Shown here piece by piece: positions 31,298 through 41,084 of a stretch of 64,000 bases of DNA (within the stretch, counting starts at the first letter, position 1; each line of letters starts with the position of its first letter). A program made the translations under genes and the position numbers. The stretch comes from Nitrospirales bacterium (GTDB lineage: Bacteria; Nitrospirota; Nitrospiria; Nitrospirales; UBA8639): the NCBI GenBank assembly GCA_965203295.1, contig CBDBCZ010000019.1:1248001-1312000 (forward strand). Direction: 5' to 3'. The notes beneath the pieces are model-generated. The model did not search any database. It was given only the letters and a program-made list of their open reading frames with translations, and was not told the DNA's origin.

Positions 31298-31858
31298 ATG
31301 TCCAGACAAACACTCGAAACAGATATCGTGATTCAACGAGCGGCTATGCACGATGTCGATGCATTGATGGCACTTGAACGGAAATCGTTTACCGTTCCAT
31401 GGTCTCGAAAGATGTTTGAAGTAGAAATCACGAGTAACCAATTTGGCCATTTGTATCTTGCTCGTTCAAGCTCAAAAGACGGATTGGGAGACCACATTTT
31501 AGGATATGTGTGTTTTTGGTGTGTGTTTGAAGAGTTACGATTTTTAAATTTGGCGGTGGCTCCCTTTGCCCGAAAACGGGGTATTGGTCAAGGACTTGTC
31601 TCCTTTGCGTTGGCTTACGGGAAACGGTTAGGAATGGACAAAGCTCTCTTAGAGGTCCGAGCCTCAAATGATCCCGCCCAAAAATTATATAGCCACTTTG
31701 GTTTTCTCGAATATGGGCAAAGGAAAGCCTACTATACCAACCCCAAAGAGGATGCTATTCTTATGAAACTGGAATCTATTCCGGAAGACTTTGTGAGGAA
31801 ATTCTCCTCTTGCAATGAAGAGTCAGTTGTGATGGTCATGGATCAACCTAAAGGATAA
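31298..31858 (+). CDS. rimI: ribosomal protein S18 alanine N-acetyltransferase
   Basis: PWS, NLAV..RKRGIG, LEVRASN and RKAYY..EDA motifs; follows tsaB. Confidence 0.92.
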   Translation: MSRQTLETDIVIQRAAMHDVDALMALERKSFTVPWSRKMFEVEITSNQFGHLYLARSSSKDGLGDHILGYVCFWCVFEELRFLNLAVAPFARKRGIGQGLVSFALAYGKRLGMDKALLEVRASNDPAQKLYSHFGFLEYGQRKAYYTNPKEDAILMKLESIPEDFVRKFSSCNEESVVMVMDQPKG

Positions 31859-31888
31859 ACACCTTAAAACACCTTTAAGAAAAGGAGG

Positions 31889-32137
31889 ATGTTTATGCAC
31901 ACGGATGAAAAAATCGCTGAACAGCTCCGAACCTCCAATGCCGATTTTCGGGATTTGGAGGAGGCCCATCGTCGATTGGATATGGAATTGGAGGAACTCC
32001 TGAAACACCACATCTTGACCCCGCAAGAAGAAACGCTGAAGAAACAACTCCAGATAGAAAAACTCGGCAAGAAGGACCGGATGGCCGACCTGATACGTCG
32101 GTATAGAACGTCTCAGGAAGAGAATGCCACGCCGTAA
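31889..32137 (+). CDS. DUF465/YdcH-family coiled-coil protein
   Basis: FRDLEEAHRRLD..EETLKK..KL..KD, with an AGGAGG RBS. Confidence 0.8.
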   Translation: MFMHTDEKIAEQLRTSNADFRDLEEAHRRLDMELEELLKHHILTPQEETLKKQLQIEKLGKKDRMADLIRRYRTSQEENATP

Positions 32138-32208
32138 CAAATGGTAGACTGAAAGACTCGAATGCGATGAAGTCACATGTCTGATGATGTAAGAGGATAT
32201 ACGTAGAG

Positions 32209-32997
32209 ATGGCCTCAATTGTTCATCCCCTGAATCGCCATATTTCCGATTTAAAGCGGCGTCTGTTGATCATTGGGGCCACGATCATGGTGGCCTTTGT
32301 GGTTGCGTTTACTTTTTCAGCTGATCTGATCGAATGGTTTAAACGGCCGTTTGCCGATGACCTACTTTTTTATGGACCGGCGGAAGCATTATTCGCCTCA
32401 ATCAAACTTTCCTTTATGGCAGGAATTATTGCTAGTTTTCCGGTCATTCTTCATCAATTCTGGCGTTTTATTCAGCCCGCGCTGTTACATGCTGAGCAAC
32501 GATGGGCTATTCCTTTATTTTTGTTGGCATCAGGATTTTTTGGTCTTGGGTTAGTATTTTGCAATCTGGTTATTCTTCCCCTTGTCATCGATTTTTTTGT
32601 GAGCTTTGGGTTAGAGCGGGAGTTGACCCCTGAATTAGCCGTCGGAACCTATGTTGATTTTAATATTCGATTTCTCTTGATCTTTGGGTTTGCCTTTGAA
32701 CTTCCTTTAGCGATGACATTGCTGTCCAGGACGAAATTAGTGGACTCAGCTTTGTTCGTTCGGTATCGAAAGCACGCCGTGATGGTGGCCCTTATTTTGT
32801 CGGCAGTCATCACACCTGATGCGACGTTATTCACCATGATGTTGATGGCCGGTCCTCTGATTGTGTTGTATGAAATCGGGATTATAGGGTGTAAATTATT
32901 TGGACGACCCGTCAAAGCTGACGCGAAAGATACATCTGAGGGTGAAGAAGAAGATACCTCGGCCTCCACTGGGACAGCTGGGCATCGTGTACGGTGA
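32209..32997 (+). CDS. tatC: twin-arginine translocase subunit TatC (copy 1)
   Basis: WRFIQPAL..EQR, FGFAFELP, YRK, ITPD and LYEIG motifs. Confidence 0.92.
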   Translation: MASIVHPLNRHISDLKRRLLIIGATIMVAFVVAFTFSADLIEWFKRPFADDLLFYGPAEALFASIKLSFMAGIIASFPVILHQFWRFIQPALLHAEQRWAIPLFLLASGFFGLGLVFCNLVILPLVIDFFVSFGLERELTPELAVGTYVDFNIRFLLIFGFAFELPLAMTLLSRTKLVDSALFVRYRKHAVMVALILSAVITPDATLFTMMLMAGPLIVLYEIGIIGCKLFGRPVKADAKDTSEGEEEDTSASTGTAGHRVR

Positions 32998-34081
32998 TGG
33001 AGCAAATGACTTTATCTTGGGACAAGGTGGCAAAAAAGATTGTGTGTCTCGTGGGGTGGTCGTTGCTCTGCGGGTGCCTCCTTGTCGTGGGGAAGAGCCA
33101 AGCATGGGCTCAAGGTCACGGGTTCCCGTTTGAAGGTCCCTACGTCCAGGCAGCTCCAAGTATTCAAGCCTTAGTCGTGACGGATACAGAAGTGGTGTAT
33201 GCCGGCTCATTTGGGATGGGAATTTTCCGAAGTGAGGATCAGGGACTCACCTGGCACTCTGTTAACGAAAGGTTGGGTGATGATTATGTGCTGTGCCTCG
33301 CTGTTGATGAACAGAGTAGGGTCTATGCCGCGACAATCCGAGGAGGGGTTTTTCGGACTGTTCGTGGAGGGACTCAATGGGAGTCGATAAGCCAGGGATT
33401 GAAACGTGTCGAAGTCAAATCTCTTCTTGCCCATAACAAGACGATTTATGCCGGGACAGGTCGTGGTGTGTATCGGTGGCAGGAAAATGCGCATGAGTGG
33501 GGTACGGTAGCCAAAGGCCTCGACCAGATTTTGGTCTCAAGTATGGTGATGGTTGGGGACCATACCCTGATGGTTGGAACATCGGGAAAAGGGCTTTTTC
33601 AACTGGATACGCGAACACAGAGTTCAACGGATTGGACTCCTATGGGCGAAACGTTTGTGGATCCTAAGGAACGTCTCACTCATCGGTTTATTCGGATTGT
33701 CGCGGTCGGAAAAGATTTACAAATTTACGCTGGCACTCAGGATGGTGGAATTTTCACCAGTGTCGATGGAGGAAATTCTTGGAAGCCAGTCGGACGGTCG
33801 TTGCCGAATGATTCGATTCGAGGGATTGTGCCAACAGGGTTGGGTCTCTTTGTGGCGACGGGGCGGGGCATTTACAAATCAAATGATGGACAGAGCAAAT
33901 GGCTTCCCATGAATGATGGATTGACCGAACTGTCCGTTCAAGTGCTTATTGCTGCTAGCCCGAACACATTGTTTGCTGGAACAGTGTTGGAGCGTTTAGG
34001 AGTGATGATGGGGGAAGGCAGTGGGTTAATGTCAGTAAAGGTATGGGTATCCAGGCTTCAGCGCCTCATCCGTATTTTTAA
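32994..34081 (+). pseudogene. exported BNR/WD40-YVTN beta-propeller protein with a -1 frameshift near the C-terminus (~33983)
   Basis: Repeated G-IFRS-D-G-TW units. The last blade GT-SVGAFRSDDGGRQW continues in another frame to TAA at 34081. The protein may be only C-terminally altered. Confidence 0.75.
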
Positions 34082-34119
34082 TGTTTTTCTGTATATCTAG
34101 GTTTTGAAGGAGATTGATA

Positions 34120-34644
34120 ATGAGCGAGCCATCCGCGAATGCAGACACGCGCGCAACGATTACAGTCACTCAGGAGTCGGATGAGTGGGGACAAGTCGTT
34201 CTTCGTTTTTATCCTGATGTGGCCCCTAATCATGTTCGTAATTTTTGTAAATTAGCCCAAGAAGGGTTTTACGATGGAACCACGTTTCATCGAGTTATCC
34301 CGGGCTTTATGATCCAGGGAGGAGATCCCAATAGTAAAAACCCAGACCGGTCACAACACGGAATGGGCGGGCTTGGACACCGAGTTTCAGCCGAGTTTAA
34401 TAAGATGCCACACAAACGCGGGGTTCTTTCCATGGCAAGAGCCCAAGATCCTAATAGCGCTGGTTCCCAATTCTTTATTTGTGTGGCTGATTCTTCGTTC
34501 CTGAATGGTCAATACACGGCATTTGGAGAAGTGGTGAGTGGGATGGAGATTGTGGATAAAGTGGTCCAATCCAAACGGGATGACCGTGATAACCCGCTTG
34601 CTCGTATTGAAATGAAGGTCCACCTCTCTGAAACTGCTCCATAA
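34120..34644 (+). CDS. cyclophilin-type peptidyl-prolyl cis-trans isomerase
   Basis: FYDGTTFHRVIPGFMIQGGDP, SMARA and SAGSQFFI motifs. Confidence 0.95.
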   Translation: MSEPSANADTRATITVTQESDEWGQVVLRFYPDVAPNHVRNFCKLAQEGFYDGTTFHRVIPGFMIQGGDPNSKNPDRSQHGMGGLGHRVSAEFNKMPHKRGVLSMARAQDPNSAGSQFFICVADSSFLNGQYTAFGEVVSGMEIVDKVVQSKRDDRDNPLARIEMKVHLSETAP

Positions 34645-34869
34645 ATGTGGAAGTTGGTTCCTAGTGGAAGGCTGAGAACGCGATCTTCAAACAGGCATGG
34701 TATTCGTTGCCAATGTTTGTATGTAAGTGCAGAAGACAAATATGACATGGTAAGGACCTCAAACCCTTGCCCGTTTCTCCATCCATAGCTAGCTAGAACC
34801 CCTATTTTTTCTTAGACCTCCTATCTCTTTTTACAACTTTCTTAGAAAAATCCTTCTAACAGGGGGGCT

Positions 34870-35247
34870 TTACCATAGAACTCTATCAGGCAAATCGAGA
34901 TAAATGGCCCAGGCCAAAAGGAGAGAAAAGAGCGCTGTTCCCCAACAGAGAAAACGCCTTCTTGAAGGGGACGGATTTAAGGCGTTTGATTCCCAATGTC
35001 CATGTTGCCACCGAGTTCCCAGCCATAGAAGGTTGGAAAGGAGCAGACTGCTTAGGAAAGTCCAAACGCCTTTCCAGATAATCGTCGAGAGAGATTCTGT
35101 TGGAGCATCAACATAGTTCAAAGAAAGAACGACGAGAAATACCAAAACCATTCCACCATAAAACTGAGATTTCGTCACAATCAGAAATTCCTTAGACAAA
35201 AATGTATATGTGGAATGTCCCAACTCTTTGACAGGGTGGCCTAACAA
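34870..35247 (-). CDS. hypothetical membrane protein (start uncertain)
   Basis: Three hydrophobic segments. Confidence 0.45.
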   Translation of the reverse strand: MLGHPVKELGHSTYTFLSKEFLIVTKSQFYGGMVLVFLVVLSLNYVDAPTESLSTIIWKGVWTFLSSLLLSNLLWLGTRWQHGHWESNALNPSPSRRRFLCWGTALFSLLLAWAIYLDLPDRVLW

Positions 35248-35294
35248 CTGAAGTTGGTCAATGCTGAACGGATGAAGAGCGTGCCTGCCGACGA

Positions 35295-35744
35295 TTATTT
35301 CTCAGCGATTGCTCGCCTGAAATCTTTCAAGAATTTGCCGGGAATCACAATCTTGCAAGCAACATGATCTTGGACTGATTTTTTGTGGAAGTGTCTGGTG
35401 CTCCACGTCACGAGATAATCCACACCCGCTTTACGAGCTGCTGCCAGAATGGGGGCGTCCTTTCGGTTGATAATTTCAATCGCCCGCTCTATTTCCTCAG
35501 TGACCGGGTCTTCAATGACTCGTGGGGAGAGATGGCGCAGCAAGTCCCGGTACTCGGGAACCAAAGCGGGCAGCTTGTCCGAAAGATTTCGATCAGCTTT
35601 GGTGAGAACCTGTCTGGAGATGACGAGATCAACTACCCGTGCTTCACATAAGCGGAGCAGCTCATGTGCGGCTCCTGTGGGAGATATGATCCCTGCAATC
35701 AAGGCGCTGGTATCGAGAAAGACTGCCCATCGCCTACGCTCCAT
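35295..35744 (-). CDS. PIN-domain (VapC-like) toxin
   Basis: VFLDTSALIAG, KDAPILAAA and DYLVTW..RHF motifs. Confidence 0.88.
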   Translation of the reverse strand: MERRRWAVFLDTSALIAGIISPTGAAHELLRLCEARVVDLVISRQVLTKADRNLSDKLPALVPEYRDLLRHLSPRVIEDPVTEEIERAIEIINRKDAPILAAARKAGVDYLVTWSTRHFHKKSVQDHVACKIVIPGKFLKDFRRAIAEK

Positions 35745-35997
35745 AGCGTTCTTTGGTGTACCGACTGCGCTGACGGTCTAGGTCAGCCAAGAGGTCTTCG
35801 ACGTCCAGTCCGGTCTTTTTCATGGCGCGCTGTGCTTTCTTGGCAACTGCATCCACCCTTAAGATCTGTGGCGTTAAGAGGAGCGCATCGCCGACCTTCA
35901 CAATAGTTAAAGGCGCCTCATCCTCGATGTGGAGATCCTTTCTCAGGGACGCTGGAATGGTCAGTTGGCCTCGCCCTCTGACTTTGACAATAGACAT
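35734..35997 (-). CDS. AbrB/MazE/SpoVT-family antitoxin
   Basis: MSIVKVRGRGQLTIPASLRKDL, GGAGGT RBS, and overlap with the toxin start. Confidence 0.88.
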   Translation of the reverse strand: MSIVKVRGRGQLTIPASLRKDLHIEDEAPLTIVKVGDALLLTPQILRVDAVAKKAQRAMKKTGLDVEDLLADLDRQRSRYTKERYGA

Positions 35998-36015
35998 CGA
36001 CAAACCTCCAGATCT

Positions 36016-36069
36016 ATATTTCAGAAAATATCTGAATATCAGAATATCGCACACTCACCGCCTTGTCAA
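36016..36069 (-). promoter_or_regulatory. TA promoter with inverted-repeat operator
   Basis: TTGACA-N17-TATTCT on the minus strand, with a TTCAGA-N5-TCTGAA palindrome (36020-36036) just downstream of the -10 box. Confidence 0.65.
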
Positions 36070-36348
36070 GCCCTCCTTGAGAAGATCTTGTCATAATCTA
36101 TCCGTTGGCAGTCTTGAACTGAGGTTAGAACCGATGGCGAAGTCTTTCGATTAAGCCGATGGAGGCCGTTCGCCCTACGCTTGAAAGCAGGATGTGCGGT
36201 ATCGCTCGCTCAGGGAAAGAGATTTTGATCTGGGGCCGCCACCAGAGTCAGAGAAAAGCATTAATCGCCGGCCATCAAGCGACGGGCGCTCGAGTATTCG
36301 AAAACGTGTCAAAATCGTAACGACACCCGACTTCACTGACCAATTGTT

Positions 36349-36525
36349 CAGCAACATCTTTAGCCGCATAACATCACCAGCAAGCAGGACCTTAAAGGCG
36401 CGGTGATTCGTTTAGAAGACTTTATTCAGGAGAAGACGGCTACACTTTCAGTGACACTGGATCAACTTTACGAAACACCAGGGAAGGGGAGGGAAGCGGA
36501 AGCCTTTGATCTGTCGAGGAATTAG
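36349..36525 (+). pseudogene. C-terminal relic of a tyrosine integrase
   Basis: SNIFSR/(Y)NITSKQDLKGAVIRL resembles the SVFDRYNIVSExDL tail that carries the catalytic Tyr in some tyrosine integrases. Ends next to the tRNA 3' end. Confidence 0.5.
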
Positions 36526-36526
36526 T

Positions 36527-36602
36527 TGGAGCTGGCGAGAGGAATCGAACCTCCAACCTGCGGTTTACAAAACCGCTGCTCTGCCGATTGAGCTACGCCA
36601 GC
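36527..36602 (-). tRNA. tRNA-Thr(TGT)
   Basis: GCTGGCGTAGCTCAATCGGCAGAGCAGCGGTTTTGTAAACCGCAGGTTGGAGGTTCGATTCCTCTCGCCAGCTCCA; 76 nt, encoded CCA. Confidence 0.97.
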
Positions 36603-36707
36603 CTGTTGGTCAAGTATGCTACCATATTAAAATTCTAGGTCATAGGCTTTCATGATTCGCAATATTGAGTTGTTTAGAGTCAAAGAAAGGAATGCTCAAA
36701 ATACGGT

Positions 36708-37664
36708 TCAGTTCATTTCGAGCAAGACTTTTAAGGTTCCCTTTTCGTGGCATGTTCAAACGCCTCAAGCGCTTGGTTGAGAGGATATTGGGCTTGAATA
36801 AGGGGCTGGACGGTCACGAGATGTTCCTTCAGGAGACGAATTGCCGGGGCAAAAGGACCACAGCGAGATCCAATAATCGTAATTTCGTTAATCACCAACT
36901 CTGTCATATTCAGTGTCATCGGACCGTGATACGTCGATTTGAGGACAATGCATCCACGAGGACGTACATACTGATTTGCTAGAATCAAACCCTCCGGAGT
37001 TCCCGTAGCTTCAATAATGATATCCAGCCCTTCTGTAAGCTCCGTTGGTTGAGTGGCCACACGAATCCCACGTTTTTCAAGAATTCCTAGTTTGGCTGGA
37101 TGATGACCTATGACAGTCAAGTCACATCCCGTCAATTGGAGAATTTGAGCGCACAGTAACCCCAGCTTTCCATCTCCTATGACTAACACACGGTCTTTCG
37201 GTTTAACGGGCACTTCTTGCGTGATTTGGCATGCTGCCGCGAGTGGTTCAATAAATATCGCTTCCTTAGTCATCAATTTCATCGGGAACGAGGTGAAGGT
37301 TTTCTATAGGTAACATGACGTATTCGGCGAAGGCTCCATCCCGTCCATTGATCCCCAACGTTGTTCGATGTGGGCAATGGGTCGGTCTTTCAGCTAGACA
37401 GGTTGGGCAGGTCCGGCAGGCCGCGTTGATTTCTCCTACTACTCTCGACCCGACGAGTTCAGGATGTTGTTCTGCTATTTCGACGATCCCGACGAATTCA
37501 TGTCTTAAAACTCCGGTAAAGCCCATATATCCCAGAACGATTTGAAGATCGGTAGAGCAAATACCAGCCTTGCGGACCTTTATCAACGCTTCTCCAGGCG
37601 GAGGGCAGGGGAGTGGCCTGTTGGTATCCAAAAAAAGGGATTCATGTAAAACAAAGGCTTGCAT
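36708..37664 (-). pseudogene. Zn-dependent (MDR) alcohol dehydrogenase-like protein with +1 frameshifts at ~37268 and ~36740
   Basis: GICSTD, (G>R)HEFVG and CxxCxxC..C motifs. DD then shifts to EAIFIEPLAAA..GDGKLG, and the terminal GTLKVLL is out of frame. Confidence 0.88.
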
Positions 37665-37927
37665 GGGGGATTCTTGAAAGGGCGTCCTTTGCCTAAACGC
37701 ATCCAATTTCTGCTAAACTATACATGTCATCGCTTCTTTCCTTAAAGGTCTCGTCTTGACTTTGAAGGAGGAGGAGGAATTAGTGTAAAATCGAAAGGTT
37801 TTCATCCTGAAAGCTTAAAAGACCCGCCGGTTTGGAAAGATAAAGGAGACGAATTGCTAAAAAACTCCTTTATTCTCATTGTGACCCACGGATTTGATGA
37901 ATCTTACACTGAAGGAAAATATTTCAC

Positions 37928-39442
37928 ATGACTGAAAAATTCAAACATGGAGGTTGGGGAGTGCGCAACGTTTCGTTAAAAACAATTCCCATGATCCTTT
38001 TGTTCGTAGTGCTGGTTGGAGGGCTTTCAATCATCACCACTGTCTCCCTTGGACTTCCTGCCCATGCTGGAGTGCCAGAAGCCTTTGCCAATGGCTTTTC
38101 TGAAATCGTGGAGAAAGTTCAACCAGCGGTAGTGAATGTTGCTGTGAGTGATCGAGGACAAGGAGGATCTCGGCGGTTGCCACCAGGGCCCTTTGGGGGA
38201 CCGCCAGGTCAGCCGCCTCTTCCACCACCGGAGCCTCCTAGGCGTCCTCCTGGACCTCCCGGAATGAGTGCGGGATCCGGCGTGATCATAGATCCCGCAG
38301 GATACATTGTGACCAACAATCATGTAGTCGAAAATGCGAACTCCATTAATGTCACGACCAGTGAAGGTCGCGAGTATTCAGCGAAGATCATAGGAACGGA
38401 CCCCAAAACGGATCTTGCTGTTATTAAAATTGAGAAAGCGGGAGAGAATCTCCCATTCATTCCCTGGAGTCAACAGAAAGAGCTTCGCGTAGGAGACGTC
38501 GTTTTAGCCTTAGGCAGTCCTTTTGGGCTGCGTTCTACGGTGACGATGGGCATTATCAGTGCTTTGGGTCGTGGAAATGTGGGCATTACTGAATACGAGG
38601 ATTTTATCCAGACTGATGCGCCCATTAATCCAGGGAATTCTGGTGGTCCTTTAGTGAATATGAAGGGCGAAGTTATCGGGATCAATACGGCGATTTTTTC
38701 CAGAACTGGTGGGTCTGAAGGAATTGGATTCGCCATTCCGGTGACGATTGCCGAGGATATTACCGGTAGTCTGATCAAAAGCGGAAGAGTCACACGAGGT
38801 TGGATGGGAATCGCTATCCAAGAGTTGACGCCGGCTTTGTCTCAATCGTTCCAGTTGCCGGAAGATCACAGTGGAGGAGTGTTGATTAGTGAGGTACATG
38901 AAGATGGCCCCTCTGCTATGGGAGGGTTACAACGAGGGGACATTTTGTTGGAGTATCAAGGAAATAAACTCAAGGATGTGAATCACCTTCGGCATATTGT
39001 GGCTCGAACCAAAGTCGGGGATGAGGTCCCAATCAAAATTCTTCGTGATGGGCAAGAAAAATTGATCACGGTTACCGTTGGGGAGCGCCCATCTGATGAG
39101 ATGTTGGCGCGGGGAGGGATGCCCGCACCGTCAAAATCTTTAGAAGCATTGAATAATGTTCTCGCAGGTCTCTCTGTCGAGCCGCTTACAGCGGAAAAGA
39201 AAAAACAGCTCAATCTCTCCGAAGGTGCGGCCGGTGTAGTCGTCAAAGAAGTGAAGGCTGGAAGCGCTGTAGAAGAGGCTGGGTTACAACCTGGGGATAT
39301 CATTCAGGAAGTGAACCGCGAGGTCGTGAAGAATTTGAGTGATTACGAGAATATTGCCTCCAAAATCGAAAAAGAGGCATTGGTTGTTCTCTTGCTCAGT
39401 CGGAGGGGAAATAATCTCTTCGTGGCAGTCAATCCAAAATAA
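37928..39442 (+). CDS. degP: DegP/Do-family serine protease with two PDZ domains
   Basis: TNNHVV, TDLAV, INPGNSGGPL motifs and two PDZ domains. Confidence 0.92.
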   Translation: MTEKFKHGGWGVRNVSLKTIPMILLFVVLVGGLSIITTVSLGLPAHAGVPEAFANGFSEIVEKVQPAVVNVAVSDRGQGGSRRLPPGPFGGPPGQPPLPPPEPPRRPPGPPGMSAGSGVIIDPAGYIVTNNHVVENANSINVTTSEGREYSAKIIGTDPKTDLAVIKIEKAGENLPFIPWSQQKELRVGDVVLALGSPFGLRSTVTMGIISALGRGNVGITEYEDFIQTDAPINPGNSGGPLVNMKGEVIGINTAIFSRTGGSEGIGFAIPVTIAEDITGSLIKSGRVTRGWMGIAIQELTPALSQSFQLPEDHSGGVLISEVHEDGPSAMGGLQRGDILLEYQGNKLKDVNHLRHIVARTKVGDEVPIKILRDGQEKLITVTVGERPSDEMLARGGMPAPSKSLEALNNVLAGLSVEPLTAEKKKQLNLSEGAAGVVVKEVKAGSAVEEAGLQPGDIIQEVNREVVKNLSDYENIASKIEKEALVVLLLSRRGNNLFVAVNPK

Positions 39443-39518
39443 ACTGAGGATGCAACAACAGTTGTTCTGAAGTAACGTTACCCTTAATCCCTTTGGAGGA
39501 AATCAAAAGGTCCATCAT

Positions 39519-40469
39519 ATGGCTGAGCAGTCTCGATTAAGAAAGTGGTTACAAGACTCTGTCTTTAAACCCTTTGAAGACAAAAAAATGCCGGTGATGG
39601 CCCATCTCCATGAATTTCAAGTCGGGCTCACCAAAATTGTGGTGGTGGTGGCACTCTTTTTTGTCGGGACATTTTTTTATGCGGATACCTTGGTGCAATG
39701 GTTACGTGTACCCCTTCAAAATTCTTTTATTCTGGATTCGATGGAATGGGTTCCGACAGACCTTCCTAAAATCCCCTTTGTATTTCTCTCCCCTGCCGAA
39801 GCTCTCTGGCAAAACCTGAAGGTGGCTGCACTTTTTGCATTGGTCCTTTCGACTCCCTATATTCTTTGGGAAATATGGCATTTTATTGTTCCTGGGCTCC
39901 ATGTCCAAGAGCGACGATTCGTCGCCCCTTTTGTGGCGACGAGTGCGGTCGCTTTTTACCTTGGGCTCGGGTTTTGTTTCTTTTTTGTGTTGCCGTTTGC
40001 TCTGAACTTTCTCATCTCCTATGGTGTGGTGGCCGGCTTTATTCCCACATTGTCAATCGCGAGTTATGTGGGGTTCGCCCTCTGGTTTTTGTTGATCTTT
40101 GGCCTGATCTTCGAAGTGCCTTTGGCGATTACCCTCATGGCCAAACTTGGTTGGGTCGATGCTCCGTTCCTAAAAAAATACCGGAAATGGGCGTTTCTTG
40201 GGGCCTTTCTTTTTGCGGCGATATTAACCCCGACACCTGATCCGTTTAATCAGTGCCTCATGGCCTTGCCCATGTACTTTTTTTATGAAGTGGGTATTAT
40301 TAGTGCTGGAATTTTTTATAAGAAGAAACCACAAGAGGGAGAGGCATCGGATTCGGCCGTGCCGCAGGATTCGCCTCCTGGTGGGGGAGTGTTACGTCCT
40401 AAACCTGTAGGAACCCCAGGCGGAGGGGATGATGATTATGTCAGCGTTCCTGATTCGGGCACTCGATAA
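39519..40469 (+). CDS. tatC: twin-arginine translocase subunit TatC (copy 2)
   Basis: MPVMAHLHEF, SPAEA, PGL..ERR, FGLIFEVP and LTPTPDPF motifs. Confidence 0.92.
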   Translation: MAEQSRLRKWLQDSVFKPFEDKKMPVMAHLHEFQVGLTKIVVVVALFFVGTFFYADTLVQWLRVPLQNSFILDSMEWVPTDLPKIPFVFLSPAEALWQNLKVAALFALVLSTPYILWEIWHFIVPGLHVQERRFVAPFVATSAVAFYLGLGFCFFFVLPFALNFLISYGVVAGFIPTLSIASYVGFALWFLLIFGLIFEVPLAITLMAKLGWVDAPFLKKYRKWAFLGAFLFAAILTPTPDPFNQCLMALPMYFFYEVGIISAGIFYKKKPQEGEASDSAVPQDSPPGGGVLRPKPVGTPGGGDDDYVSVPDSGTR

Positions 40470-40494
40470 CCCTCTCGAGCTTGTGTAATGAACC

Positions 40495-40974
40495 GTGGTA
40501 CAAGTTGCCGTTGTTGTGATCAGCAGCAAGGTTTTTTCAGGTAAATCCTCGGACAAAGGACGAGAAGAGCTCACGCAGTTTCTGGAACATCACGATGCTA
40601 AAGTCGTGAGTTATGAGGTTATCCCAGATGAAAGGTATCAGATAAAAAATCGGCTCTGTCATTTGGCTGATCAGGCAGAAGCTCAGATCATTTTGACTGT
40701 TGGAGGAACTGGGGTCCGGCCTACCGATTGGACCCCAGAAGCCACACGGGAAGTCATTGACAAGGAAATTCCAGGAATTGGTGAGGCGATGCGGTTCGAA
40801 AGCCTAAAAAAGGTTCGGACAGCAATGCTTTCCCGTGGGATTGCTGGTATTCGTCACACGACTTTGATTATTAACCTCCCTGGGAGTCCCAAAGGCGCAA
40901 AGGATAATCTTGCAGTGGTGTGGCCTATCTTGGATCATACGGTAGAGAAGTTATCTGGCTCGTCCAACATGTAA
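40495..40974 (+). CDS. MogA/MoaB molybdopterin adenylyltransferase family
   Basis: GGTG..DWTPEAT, AMLSRG and NLPGSPKG motifs. Confidence 0.92.
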   Translation: MVQVAVVVISSKVFSGKSSDKGREELTQFLEHHDAKVVSYEVIPDERYQIKNRLCHLADQAEAQIILTVGGTGVRPTDWTPEATREVIDKEIPGIGEAMRFESLKKVRTAMLSRGIAGIRHTTLIINLPGSPKGAKDNLAVVWPILDHTVEKLSGSSNM

Positions 40975-41084
40975 GCATGTAAGATGGAATAGACCATGTG
41001 TTCTCGGCTGGAATGTTTTCCACATTGTCTAATCTGGAAAACTTGACGAAGTGAGGAAATTAACAACTTATTTTGGAGGATAGC

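Noticed and set aside
27408..31450. Long antisense ORFs (27408-28007, 30794-31450) and similar shadow ORFs
   Set aside because: They lie opposite well-supported genes and have no recognisable motifs.
34645..34870. attL/attR duplicate of the tRNA-Thr 3' end
   Set aside because: No copy of TGGAGCTGGCGAGAGG found by eye.
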